A stretch of 64,000 nt of DNA from Octopus bimaculoides (lineage: Eukaryota): positions 54,035,840-54,099,839 of the forward strand of contig NC_068983.1 in NCBI RefSeq assembly GCF_001194135.2. Direction: 5' to 3'. This document shows, piece after piece, positions 36,507-48,047 of the stretch. Below the pieces are notes generated by a model. The model saw nothing but the letters and a program-made list of their open reading frames with translations, had not been told where the DNA came from and ran no database searches. Both the position numbers and the translations under genes were made by a program. Each line of letters begins with the position of its first letter. Within the stretch, counting starts at the first letter, position 1.

Positions 36507-36740
36507 TATGGTCCTCGACCATTTTCAGCCTATGAACCCCTTTGATTTATATTTTATTTTACTGGACACCCTCCTGTTCCCCCAGATCCTACTTTTTATA
36601 ATTGTTATTAAGAAGTGTATATAAAAGCATAAAATATTTTCTGTATTGTGGAAGTATAACCAGTTTTATTGCACAAATTTCAACAACAAAATCTTATCTG
36701 GAACCCCAGGGGCCATATGGAGCCCAGTTGAGAACCACTG
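36507..36740. mobile_element. hAT MITE (same family as 1429-1988, opposite orientation)
   Basis: Right TIR GTTGAGAACCACTG (36727-36740), degenerate left TIR ATGGTCCTCGACC. Confidence 0.75.
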
Positions 36741-36748
36741 CTTTAGGG

Positions 36749-36827
36749 CCCTAGCGTAGCTTGTGGGGTTCGGCGACGGCAAACGGAAGGGCCGCCCCGA
36801 GCAGCACACACTCTAGCGACGCTAGTG
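36749..36827. mobile_element. 79-bp mini hAT-like element
   Basis: 8-bp TSD CTTTAGGG (36741-36748, 36828-36835). TIRs CCCTAGCGTAGCT / AGCGACGCTAGTG (11 of 13 match). Confidence 0.7.
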
Positions 36828-36971
36828 CTTTAGGGACTGCTTTAGTAGATCCCATTGTGCCGCAAGCATTGAAGCCATCTCTCTAGTTTGAGGATATATT
36901 CCTCTTTCCCTCACACCAGTCTCAGAAGTCCTGTAACTGATTATAGGGAGTGTCAGTCCCACTAACTAAGC

Positions 36972-37345
36972 AGGCGTTGGCATTGCTGTGTGGTAAGAAG
37001 CTCGCTTTACAGTCACGTGGTTTCGGGTTCGATTCCCCAGTGCAGCAACTTAGGCAAATATCTTCTACTGTAGTGCTGAGCTGACCAATGCCTTGTAAGT
37101 GAATTTGGTCGACGGAAACTGTATGAGAAAGTGAGTGCGCGTGCGCGTTGTTTGTTCCCTCAATGTTTGACAATTGGTGTTGGTTTGTTTACGTCCCCGA
37201 AACTTAGTGGTTTGGCAAAAAATAAAAAGAAGTACCAGGCTTCAAGACACTTAAACACTGGGAGTCGATTTGTTAGACTAAACTCTTCAGGGCGGTGCCC
37301 CAGCATGGCCGCAGTCCAATGACCGGGATAAGTAAAAGATAAAAC
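36972..37345 (+). mobile_element. SINE-A
   Basis: B box GGTTCGATTCCC, colinear with the other copies. Confidence 0.85.
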
Positions 37346-37407
37346 GTATGGATGCAATAACACGCTCGTAGAATGATACAATCTCATGCACACACAATGA
37401 CGAATTG

Positions 37408-37610
37408 ACATGTTGGCACTCCGTCGCTTACGACGTCGAGGGTTCCAGTTGATCCGATCAACGGAACAGCCTGCTCATGAAATTAACATGCAAGTGGCTG
37501 AGCACTCCACAGCCACGTGTACCCTTAACATAGTTCTCGGGGATATTCAGCGTGACACAGTGTGACAAGACTGACCCTTTGAATTACAGGCACAACAGAA
37601 AGTTTTTTCG
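37408..37610. mobile_element. Fragment of a further interspersed repeat (probably a SINE 3' part)
   Basis: GTTGGCACTCCGTCGCTTACGACGTCGAGGGTTCCAGTTGATCCGATCAACGGAACAGCC. Recalled as a common octopus repeat; single copy here. Confidence 0.5.
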
Positions 37611-37627
37611 TTGTCTTTGGCTTAATA

Positions 37628-37860
37628 TACTCTTATTTTCTTTAGTGCCCACAAGGGGCTAAACATTGAGGGGACAAACAAGGACAGACAAAGGGATTTA
37701 GTCGGTTACATCGACTCCAGTACGTAACTGGTACTTAATTTATCGACTCCGAAAGGATGAAAGGCAAAGTCGACCTCGGTGGAATTTGAACTCAGAACGT
37801 AACGGCAGACGAAATACCGCTAAGCATTTCGCCCGGCGTGCTAACGTTTCTGCCATTACG
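37628..37860 (-). mobile_element. SINE-B (tail type 1), CpG-intact
   Basis: Reverse complement of the 11255-11492 type. Confidence 0.88.
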
Positions 37861-39065
37861 ATATGACCTTACGATCTTCAGCCCTACACTCTAGTCATCA
37901 GACTGCTAACGATTCTGCCAGCTCGCCGCCTTCTCAGAAGTAATAATGAAGACTTTTGTAAACCAATCAATAGCTTTAATTCTTCCAGCCTATTTTCCCA
38001 CTTCGTAGTCTTTCAGAACGGTTTCTCATGGATCTTGAATATATCCACTTTCATATGTTCCCCACACATGACCAATTTCTCTTGACAACTTTACCTACAA
38101 CCGTGGTCTGAAATCCAAAGAGAGGTCTGTGAATATCTGGCGGTTTTTACTTAAAAAGAAAAAAAAAATCTCACGTGCCGCGTGAATTGTGAAAGGATTT
38201 TCCGGGGATTGGGACAAAGCAATGTTGCTCCGAATTGGAAAATTCCTCTCTGTTGTTTTGTCTACAAATAGCACGAAGCTATTCTCTTAAAGAGTATAAA
38301 CGAGTTTATGGGACAACAGAGTTAAAACTTTCACTCACTCTGATGACCGGAGTGACCAGGTCTGCAAAATCTCAATCAGAACACATCAGATTTAGAATGT
38401 CATGTCAGGACCGGTGATTATCTTAAGCGAGTTGCTATAAATGGGGTCTAGGAGGCCCATATACCTATTTGTAAGACAATTTCGTATTTGGACGAAAGAT
38501 AGGAGACTATTTTTTCAATACGGCACTAGGACTCAGAACACCTAAAAGGATGGCTTTGGTCGGGGGCACAAAAGTGTAACGACCCCACGATGACATAGCA
38601 GACAAGGTTATCACTGTGCATTTTAAAATCAACATATAAGGATCTTCAAAAGTCTGTCATGAGTCTACAAGATCCTTGTGCTGAAGCTTATTCCGGTTTC
38701 GTGACTCATAAATAATTATCCGTCCTTCGCTATACATTGAACGGGGCGCCAGTCCATTTACGTCACTTCAGTCTACTCAATTGAAAATGAAGTGTTTTGC
38801 TGGATAACACAACTCACCGCTCATTCTGAGAATCGAAACTATGACCTTACGATCTTCAACACAACACTCTACTCATCAGACTGCACACTTTCTTAACAAT
38901 GGTCGTTAATCAAAATGATGTCAGTAACACTTCATATCAAGATCGGAGCCTCGTAAACTAAAAACTGACATTTCAGACATTGTGACTGCAGCTGGTCACA
39001 TTTTCTGAGCTGTCGACTAAAAACAGAATTGACATATCGATTTCGTAAAAAGTAGCACAAAATTT

Positions 39066-40448
39066 TCAATGTTTGTATGGTTAAGAAGTTCGCTTTGCAA
39101 CTACGAGGTTTGGGGTTCAGTCCTACTGCGTGGCACCTCTGGCGTCTCCCACTATAGCCCGAGGCCAACTAATTCCTTCTATGTAAATTTGGTAGACAGA
39201 AATGTTGCTGAAGCCGGTCGTGTGTGTATGTGCTTGTCTCACTGCTTGAGAAATGGTGTTAGCCTGTTTACTTAGCGGTTTGGGAAAAACAGGCCGATAG
39301 AATAAACACCACTCTTTAAAATAAAATGAGTATGGGGCCAATTTTGCTGAAACCCTCCAAGATAGCGCCCCCGAGCATGTCTGCACTCCAATGACTGAAA
39401 TATAAATATATATATATATACACACACACACAAATAAGAGGAATGACCAGCAAAAGTGGACTCCTGGTCATTCCTCTTATTTTTGTATGTAGAATAATTT
39501 TAATCTTCGGATTTTTTTAATATGCTAGACCACTGGTTTTAATTGATTAATATCAATTTCTACCCTCATTAATAAATTTTATATATATATATATATTAAA
39601 TTCTTTTAGTTGTCATTTGACAGCAGCGATGCTGCAGCATCACCTTTAGTCGAACGAATCAACCCAGGACTTATTCTTTGTAAGCCTAAGACTTATTCTA
39701 TCGGTCTCTTTGTCGAACCGCCAAGTTACGGGGACGTAAACGCCAACATCGGTTGTCAAGCGATGGTGCTGGGGACAAACGCACGCACGCACATACGTAC
39801 ATACATACATATATATNNNNNNNNNNNNNNNNNNNNNNNNNNNNNNNNNNNNNNNNNNNNNNNNNNNNNNNATACACACACACACACACACAACGGACTT
39901 CTTTCAGTTTCCGTCTACCAAATCCACCCACAGGGATTTGGCCGGCCCGAGGCTATAGTAGAAGACACTTTCCCCAGGTGCCACGCCGTGGGATTAAACC
40001 TGAAACCATGTGGTTGGAAAGCAAGCTTCTTACCACTCAGCCACGCCTGTGTGATATACATATATGTATATATAAAAAATCTCGCGATTCCCTGTAGGTC
40101 GGTTCCAATTTACTTCGTTCATAATTTAATGATATTCAATAGGATTCCTAAAAAATTTTAAATTCTAAGTAGCCTTCACACACACCACACAAGCGTAACA
40201 ACTGAAACATAGTCATCAACATTTTTTCCCCACCAACACCCCACTGCACCCCGCAATTAAAAAAAAAATTCGATATAATCCTAAGCGACACCATTTGAAA
40301 GGTATCTGAAGTAGCTTGCTTACCAACCACATGGTTCCGGGTTCAGTCCTACTGCGTGGCACCTTGGGCAAGTGTCTTCTACTATAGCCTCGGGCCGACC
40401 AAAGCATTGTGAGTGGATTTGGTAGAGAGAAACTGAAAGAAGCCAGTC

Positions 40449-40496
<48 letters not shown>

Positions 40497-40680
40497 TTGT
40501 GTGTTTGTCCCCCTACCATCGCTTGACAACCGATGGTGGTGTGTTTAGTACCTGTAACCTAGCGGTTCGGCAAAAAGAGACCGATAGAATAAGTACCAGG
40601 CTTACAAAGAATAAGTCTTGGGGTCGATTTGCTCGACTCTAGGCGGTGCTGCAGTCAAACGACTGAAACAAGTAAAAGAG
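39066..40680. mobile_element. Three SINE-A copies in alternating orientation (+ 39066-39400, - 39605-40050, + 40308-40680)
   Basis: Each has the head, central microsatellite and tail. The N-gap 39817-39870 lies in the central microsatellite of the middle copy. Confidence 0.88.
39432..39482. other. Perfect 19-bp inverted repeat (hairpin)
   Basis: AAATAAGAGGAATGACCAG - 13-nt loop - CTGGTCATTCCTCTTATTT. Confidence 0.9.
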
Positions 40681-41226
40681 TACACCATCTGAAATGTATC
40701 TCAAGAAAATTTCAATAAAGAATACACATTTTTCAGTAAGTCACGAGAAACAAAAGTCAGGAGTGGCACAGTTCCGCCTCCTATTGAAGGAATATGAATG
40801 TAATTTAATGAGGCGCCAGTACCACTTTAAAATAGACGTCATGTAATATAGTTCACTCTAATTTGGTTTAATCTCATCCTATTTCTATAGTTTGCATGAC
40901 AAATTTAAGATACAACTCAAGCGCATATTTTTCAAGGGAGATAACTAACAATTACTAAAGTTATTTCCCTTTGACTACAAGCAAAATTACTGATCGAAAT
41001 AAATATTTATGTTGGCGAATAATTTCTTTTCTGGTTATTCTGAAAGAAACTTCTTTTAGAATATGCTGAAAACAATTAGATCACACGAGCTACCACTAAT
41101 TTGAGTACAGCAGTCGACTTTACTTAACTTTGGTAATAAAACAGGACTGGTATTTTTTTTTGGGCCTGATATAGTTGCGAAGGAAAAGCGTAGCAGGCTA
41201 TTTTGACGCTTTAGTAATGTGTTTTG

Positions 41227-41858
41227 GGCATGCCTACACTAGTGTGCTCACCGAATATGTTTTCCCTCATAACTTTTAGAAAAATGGATATTTTTTGATG
41301 AAATTATCAATAAATACGCTTTAGATGGTGCAGATTCCGATTAGATCGGAATTTGTTGTGAAATAAAATCTTTCTGAGAGTGAGGAGTTTCGGAAAATTT
41401 ACACGGGTCGGTTTTCTTTCCCTATATCTTGCAGAAAAATGGGAATATTTTTTTTAGATGAAATTTTCTAGAAATACTTTTCAGAGAGTGTAAATTACGA
41501 TTATATCATAATTTAATATGAAAAACTCCACAAAAAAAAAAAAAAAAATGAGATCGTACACATACATACTGATGCACATTCTATATAGCTACAAAATGAA
41601 ACTTGAAATTCCGAAAGAAAATCGTGTTGTATAAATATGTACGAGTTCACCAATTTTTTTTCAGTTTTTCCAAATTACCCATTTTTCTGAAAATTACGAG
41701 GGAAAAAAGCCAACTCGTTTGTATTTTCCGAAACTTCTCATCGGAAAATTTATTTTCTGAAGCGTATTTGTAGAAAAATTAATAACAAAATATCCATTAT
41801 TCTGGAAGTTATGAGGAAATAAATTTGTGTTTGAGGGGCACAATTATGTAGGTATGCC
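41227..41858. mobile_element. Foldback-type element with long imperfect nested inverted repeats
   Basis: GGCATGCCTACA...CCTCATAACTT...AATGGATATTTT...AAATACGCTT at left pairs with AAGCGTATTT...AAAATATCCATT...AAGTTATGAGG...TGTAGGTATGCC at right. An inner pair (GAGTTTCGGAAAAT...AGAAAAATGGG) also pairs. Confidence 0.8.
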
Positions 41859-42114
41859 GATCACACCGATTATTTAAGTACAATGTCCGACTTTATTTAA
41901 CTTTGGTGTTAGAACAAGAACCAGCATTGTTTCTTAGCATGATATGGTTGAGAGGTATGCGCGTAGCAGACTATAAAGACTTTTTAGCAATGTGCTTTGT
42001 ACCGGTATTACTTCTAAACTGGAATTCCTATAGATCGCTGAATGTAATGGTAATAATAGTAACTTTAACACCGAGCAAACATTAAATCTAACCTTAAAAT
42101 AAGGATATATAGAC

Positions 42115-42239
42115 GGAGGCGTAGCCGTGTGGTAAGAAGTCCCACTGTGTGACACGTTGGGCAAGTATCTTCTATAACATCGAGCCGAACAAAGCTTTGT
42201 GAGTGGATTTGGTAGATGGAAACTGAAAGAAGCCCGTCG

Positions 42240-42278
<39 letters not shown>

Positions 42279-42820
42279 GAAAAATAGAAGTTGAAGAGGC
42301 ACTGAGGATAGTTAAAATATTCTTTATCATTGAAATATTTGAAGCTTCAGCCAGTTACACAGTTTACACTGATTTTCAAAAGGTTCAAATAGAAAGGCAG
42401 TTGTCTTGCTTCTGACTAGAGTTTGAAGTTTTATTTGAACCTTTTGGAAATCAGTTTAAACTGTGAAACCGGTTAAAGCTTCAAATATTTTAATAAAACG
42501 TATTTTAACTATTCTCAGTGCGTTTTCAACTTCTGTTTTTCCTACATTTCTATCCGTAGGGAATAAGATAACTTTGTTGTGTGTGTATATGTAAAATGTG
42601 GTGTTTCTGTGTTTGTCCCCTACAACCACTTGACAACCGGTGTTGGTGTGTTTACGTGCCTGTAACCTAGCTGTTCGGCAAAGATACCGATACTATAAGT
42701 ATCAGACTTAAAAAAATATAAAGTGTGTACTGGGGTGGATTCGTCCGACTTAAATTCCTCAAGGTGGCACCCGAGCATGGCCGCAGTTTAATTACTGAAA
42801 CAAGGAAAAGATAAAATACA
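42115..42820 (+). mobile_element. SINE-A split at its central microsatellite by a hairpin element
   Basis: Head 42115-42245, (CA)n, insert, then 3' half ~42575-42820. Confidence 0.82.
42278..42542. mobile_element. Palindromic MITE (~115-bp arms, ~40-bp loop)
   Basis: GGAAAAATAGAAGTTGAA...AAAAGGTTCAAATA / TATTTGAACCTTTT...TTCAACTTCTGTTTTTCC. Confidence 0.88.
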
Positions 42821-43009
42821 CGTGTGTGTGTGTGCGTGCGTGTGCGCGCGCGTGCGTACGAAGATGTTTGTTTACATTGTATCTCGTCCATTAGTGGTTC
42901 GACAATTGAAAATCAGTGGGAAAAGTGCAAGATTGACTGGGGCCTATATGATAAAATAAACATTTGAGAAGACATTCCAGCATTGATAGCAGTACAAGAT
43001 ATGAAACCA

Positions 43010-43592
43010 TCATCATCATCATCATCATCATCATCGTCGTTTAACGTCCGCTTTCCATGCTAGCATGGGTTGGACAATTTGACTGAGGACTGGTGAAACC
43101 AGATGACTACACCAGGCTCCAATCTGATTTGGCAGAGTTTCTACAGCCGGATTTCCTTCCTAACGCCAACCACTCTGAGAGAGATGTAGGTGCTTTTACG
43201 TGCACGAAGGCCAGTCAGGCGGTACTGGCAACGGCCACGCTCAAAACGGTGCATTTCATGTGTCACTCGCACATGAGCCAGTCCAGTGGCACCGGCAACG
43301 ATCCCACTCGAAGGTCCATACACATGCTGCGGGCACAAGTGCCAGAAAGGCGACGCTGGGCACAGGTGCCATCACGTTTTGGCTTTCGCTTACCCCAACA
43401 GGTCTTCGCAAGCTGAGTTTCGTGTCCAAAGAATGAGACGACGTTGGCATGGGTGCCAGTCGTCGAATTTAATTCGATTTCGATTGCCTTAACAGGTCTT
43501 CGCAAGTGGAGTTTAGTGTCCAATGAAGGAAGGTACGCATAAGTGGACTGGCTGAGGTTTTAGATTTAAGTCTCATTTGGCTTGCCGGGTCT
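43010..43592 (-). mobile_element. Long RTE LINE 3' end
   Basis: (CAT)n tail, complete 3' UTR with internal repeats and the last ORF codons at ~43560-43592. CpG-intact. Confidence 0.85.
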
Positions 43593-44084
43593 TCTCACGC
43601 AAAAAAAAAAAAAAATTCTTAGTCTCAAGGTAGGCAACTCTAAAATATGTCATTTGAGTTATTTCCCTTAGTTCAGAATGTCGTTGTTGCTATTTCCTTT
43701 TAGGTTGGTTATCAACCGATCGTCAGTAATCAAAATGTTATAAAGTGTTTATTTCGTTTTTTTTTAGACTCTAACTAAAATCAAAAGGCTTCAGAGTCCA
43801 CAGGAAAGTACTAAACTCAATGATATCGACTAAGCTTCTCCCTGAATTTTCAAGCTTTGTGTATAGCAAAAATTATTTACCATTGTAATGTAAAATCTTT
43901 GAATTCAAGAAGAGTTGTAGCGCGGCTGTCTTGACTGCAAAGATCATTTCAATGGATTTATTGCAAAAAGACTGTGGTTATCATAAGAAAAAGAAACTTC
44001 CCTGTGAAGGACTTTCTAAACATTGAAAACCTTATTCCAAATGTTATACGAATGTCAAGATCGTTATACTGTATTTCTTCTTTT

Positions 44085-46365
44085 TCTTATCATCCTCATG
44101 TTAAATACATGCTAATTTAATTAGCAGGAATTTTATCTTGAGGTTTGAAAACAACAAATCTCAAATTTCAAGAATCTTTCTTAAGGTTCTGGCAGAATAT
44201 AGGTTGGTACTTTTCTGAAAGTTGACAATGCAAATTTCAATTCTAATCTCTTTCAGCCTTTTAGGTAGCATTCTGGGTGTTGTTCCAAGTGTACCAATTA
44301 CAGGAATAATTGTCCTAGTCTTTTATAGTCTTCTCAGTTCTCAGGCTAGATCTTGATATTTCTCAATTTCTTTGGCATCGACTCTGTTATAAGGAACTAC
44401 AAAGTCTATAATCATACAGTTTGTTTATTTTGTCCCCTATAATCATATCTGGTCTTCTTGCTTCAGTATCATGGTCAATCTTTATAAAGAAGTCCCATAA
44501 GATTCCATAATTCTCATTTCCTCTCACTGCCTATGGTTCATATTCATACCACTTTTCTGTTATTTTAAAGCTACACACTTAACTAACACTCTACAAATCA
44601 TGCTGGAGCTCATACTGTTTTTGTGATTGATACTTTCATCTCCTTCTCTGCATATTCTGCATTTTCTGTCTGACTGAGTTTTGTCCAACATTTGCTTTTA
44701 TCAGATTTGTTCTAATGACTTGTTCCTGGGTGGTTATAATTATAATTTTAGTCTCTTGTTTCAAGTTTCTGTCTGTCATCCGGAGCCAGTGTTCTTTACT
44801 TCCGACATCCATCATTTGTTGCATGAATTAATTATGTAATTCAATTTCATTCCCTTCGCTTGTTCTTTTATTTTTCCCTGTCTTTTTGAATTCTCCGACA
44901 TTTTTCGGACATCTCTAACTGCTGATAGTATTTTTTCTTACTCTGCACAACATAATGTTTTAATCTTAATATCACAGTATCAACAGTATCTTTGGTGCTC
45001 CACCTTCCTTTCTTGTTGGGTAGTTTGTTGGCATTACTTTTAGGGTGGTGTGCATGGTACATTGTAAGCAGCTTTCTACCAATTCTTCTAAGTTATGTAG
45101 CTCAGCTTTTGTCCATTCCAGAGAGGGGGCAGAATATCTTAAAACTGACATAATCCATGTATTTAAGGTTTTAATGATATTCCCTCCATTTAGCTTTTGT
45201 ATTCTTCCTAACTCCCTTCTTGTACTCTTCCTGACTCCCTTTTCGTACTCTTCCCAACTCCCTTTTCGTACTCTTCCCGACTCCCTTCTCTTACTCTTCC
45301 CAACCCCCACCCCGTACCCTGCCCGACTCCCTTCTTGTACCCTGCCCGATTTCTGCCCCGTACCTCCCTGACTCCCACCCCCGTACCCTCTTTGACTCCT
45401 GCCCCGTACTCTTCCTAATTCCCTTCTTGTATTCTTTAGAGATTTTCTCTTTCATATCTCCTATGACTCTATCGTTTTCTTCACTCCAAGGAATTTGTAT
45501 CTCTTATTCTACAACAGTCCAATGATGATGTCTTGAAATGTTATGTCATGAGTTCATCTTCCAGGATTTCTTCTGAATTTTCACTGTGCAATTATTTACC
45601 CTAAACTGTATTCCAATGTCTTTCCTCAATACTCTTACTCTTTGGATAAAAGAAACCAGGTCTTACTTATTTTTAGGTATTTTTAGCTCGAGATCACTCG
45701 TATGAGGCAGGTAATTTATTTTCAACTTGATTTTGCTTAAGTCATAGTCTGGCCTAGATTGTCTCAGACTTGTCAGAGGGATTAACACAATGGCAAAGAG
45801 TAATGGAGAGAGCAAGTCATATTTCCTAACAATCCATTTGCACATGTCAGTTCTCCTTTTCACACTCTCATTACTTTCTTCCAAAACGCTATTTATCTTC
45901 TCATTGGTTCTGAGTGTCATCAGGCACTTTCAGGGCCAGCTATGCAGAACACTATCGTAAGCCTTCCTGTAATCTAACCAGCCAGCAGCTAAATCCTTCT
46001 TTCTTACTTGCATTTCATTTAATACCCTACTCTCTATAAATAGCAGATCAGACCCGACCCCTTGAGTTCTTAATACATTATTTTTGCTCATCAGACAATA
46101 AGTTCTCCTTTTCCAGAAAATCACATACTTCATCTGCTATGAGACCTATTAATAATATCCAGAATAATGCAAAGAAGTAATAAATCTATAATTGTTGACT
46201 TCTCCCTTTTCTTTGTCCTTCTCTATAAATACTGTCCTTCCTTTTCTATGCAATCAGTAAAAAATGGTTGTATATACCTATGTGTACTTTGCAGATTTTT
46301 GAGCCTGAATCCCTGAACAGCGCCTGGTCCAGTGGCTTTCCAGTTTGAGACTTCTTTGGATCAGC
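44085..46365 (-). pseudogene. Decayed R4/Dong-clade non-LTR retrotransposon (RT plus restriction-like endonuclease)
   Basis: Across frameshifts: WKATGPG, KGRTVFIEKDK...NNYR, GWLDYRKAYDSVLHSW, LSPLLF, KLNGGNIIKTLNTW, RKEGG, QEQVIRTNLIKA, RPDMIIGDK...IIDFVVP...EKYQDLA (PD..D endonuclease), ending ...KILEI*. Confidence 0.88.
45198..45436. repeat. 23-nt minisatellite (~10 units) inside the R4 RT region
   Basis: Unit TTCC(T/C)(A/G)ACTCCCTT(C/T)T(T/C)GTACTC. The outer units match the element's own coding sequence. Confidence 0.88.
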
Positions 46366-47129
46366 TCTTTATTTTCTTGTTAGCATGCTGGAAAAAAATG
46401 CTTAGTGGCATTTTGTCTGAGTTTACGTTCTGAGTCCAAATTCTACTGGGGTTGACTGTCATATGATCATATGCAGTTTCAGAGTTACACAGAAATATAA
46501 TCAGGAGTTTGAATTTCTTTTCTCTTTTTTTTTTTTTTCTTTTTGAGGAGTTCACTGAGGTTTGGCTCATAGCATGTTTCCCTCCTAACTTCTGAGCCTT
46601 TGGTTCATGGATTTGTTTTTCCTGCTGCTTTCTAACACAGACTGTTTTAGTGAGACTACACAACACTGTACCATCTCACTCAAATAACCTGTGTATTGGA
46701 CACTGCCTCAAATGATTCTTCGTCTCTTCCTTCATTGCTTTGTTTTAGATTGTCTACTAATTGATATCACTATTTATTTTTTACTTGTTATAGTCATTGA
46801 ACAGTGGCCAAACTGGGGCACCACTTTGAAGAAGTCTGGTCAAACAAATTGATATCAGTACTTATTTTTATAAATCTGGTACTTATTCTATCAGTCTCTT
46901 CTTCTGAATCACTAAGTTACTGGGAGGTAAACACACCAACACTGGTTCTCAAGTGAAGTGTGACACACACGGACACATCACCCCCCTCATGTGCCCACTC
47001 ACTGCATTCCCTCCACCTCTCTCCTTGGCAATCTCATGAACTTCCCCACCCACTCCATCCTCTCTAATCCCTGGTCCACTTCACTGTATACACTTTCCTG
47101 TAACTTGGGGGCACACTCCCCCATCTCAT

Positions 47130-47161
47130 CTTCCTTTGCTCTCTCTCTCTCTTTTTCTCTC

Positions 47162-47225
<64 letters not shown>
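47130..47225. repeat. (CT)n microsatellite
   Basis: Direct read. Confidence 0.95.
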
Positions 47226-47227
<2 letters not shown>

Positions 47228-47774
47228 CTAATTCACTTTCAACCTGAGGCAGCCATTGTGTCTCCTCTGCTGCAAGACATATTTTTCTGTCCCCCAATAA
47301 TACTCCTTCCTCTCAGTTGAGTGGGGTCTTGCCTTGCAAGTTATTTGGTGACCTCACCGCTGCTGGTGCTACGTGAAAAGCACCCAGTTCACTTTGTTAA
47401 GGGATTGGCATTAGGAAGGGCATCAGGCTGAAGCAAACAAGGCTTGATACAGCCCCACTGTTGAATCGTCCAACCCATGCCAGCATGGGAAACTGACTTT
47501 AGATGATGATGATGATATGTATGTGTTTGTGTGTGTGTGTTTATATACATGTGCGTGTGTATATGTGTTTGCGTGTGTGTGTATATGTGTGTTTATATAG
47601 ATGTGTGTGTGTGTGTGTGTGTGTATGTATATATTATAGACTATCTGTTTGCATTGAACATTTAACACTAGAAGCATGTAGTAGTTGACATTAATCCAAG
47701 GTACTTGTCCATGAGTACCCTAGATTAATGTCAACTGATATAATGAAATAGAATGTTTGTATAGAGTACTTACA

Positions 47775-47821
<47 letters not shown>

Positions 47822-47850
47822 TTATAATAGACTTCTTCCATTTCCTAGCT

Positions 47851-48047
47851 CAGTGGGCCTCAACCTTTTTAACATCCTGGCATGATCCCAAACCTGGAAC
47901 TTTTTAAGGGACTGCAACAGATAAAATAAAACACAAGTCAATCAAAGAAAAAAAATTATATTTATTGAGGGGGTAGATCCTCAAGGGCTGCTGGAAGGAT
48001 TTTTGAGGGTCGCGTGTGGCCCTGGGATCCACAGTTGAGAACTGTTG
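47851..48047. mobile_element. hAT MITE inserted into a SINE-A head
   Basis: TSD TCCTAGCT (47843-47850) / TTCTAGCT (48048-48055). TIRs CAGTGGGCCTCAAC / GTTGAGAACTGTTG. SINE-A sequence resumes after the TSD. Confidence 0.8.

Noticed and set aside
38272-38359. Candidate exon ARSYSLKEYKRVYGTTELKLSLTLMTG
   Set aside because: Good acceptor but weak donor (GTCTGC), no recognisable homology and no partner exon.
44972-45371. ORFs with repeated RRE/RKG or LPD motifs
   Set aside because: Produced by the 23-nt minisatellite within the decayed R4 element.
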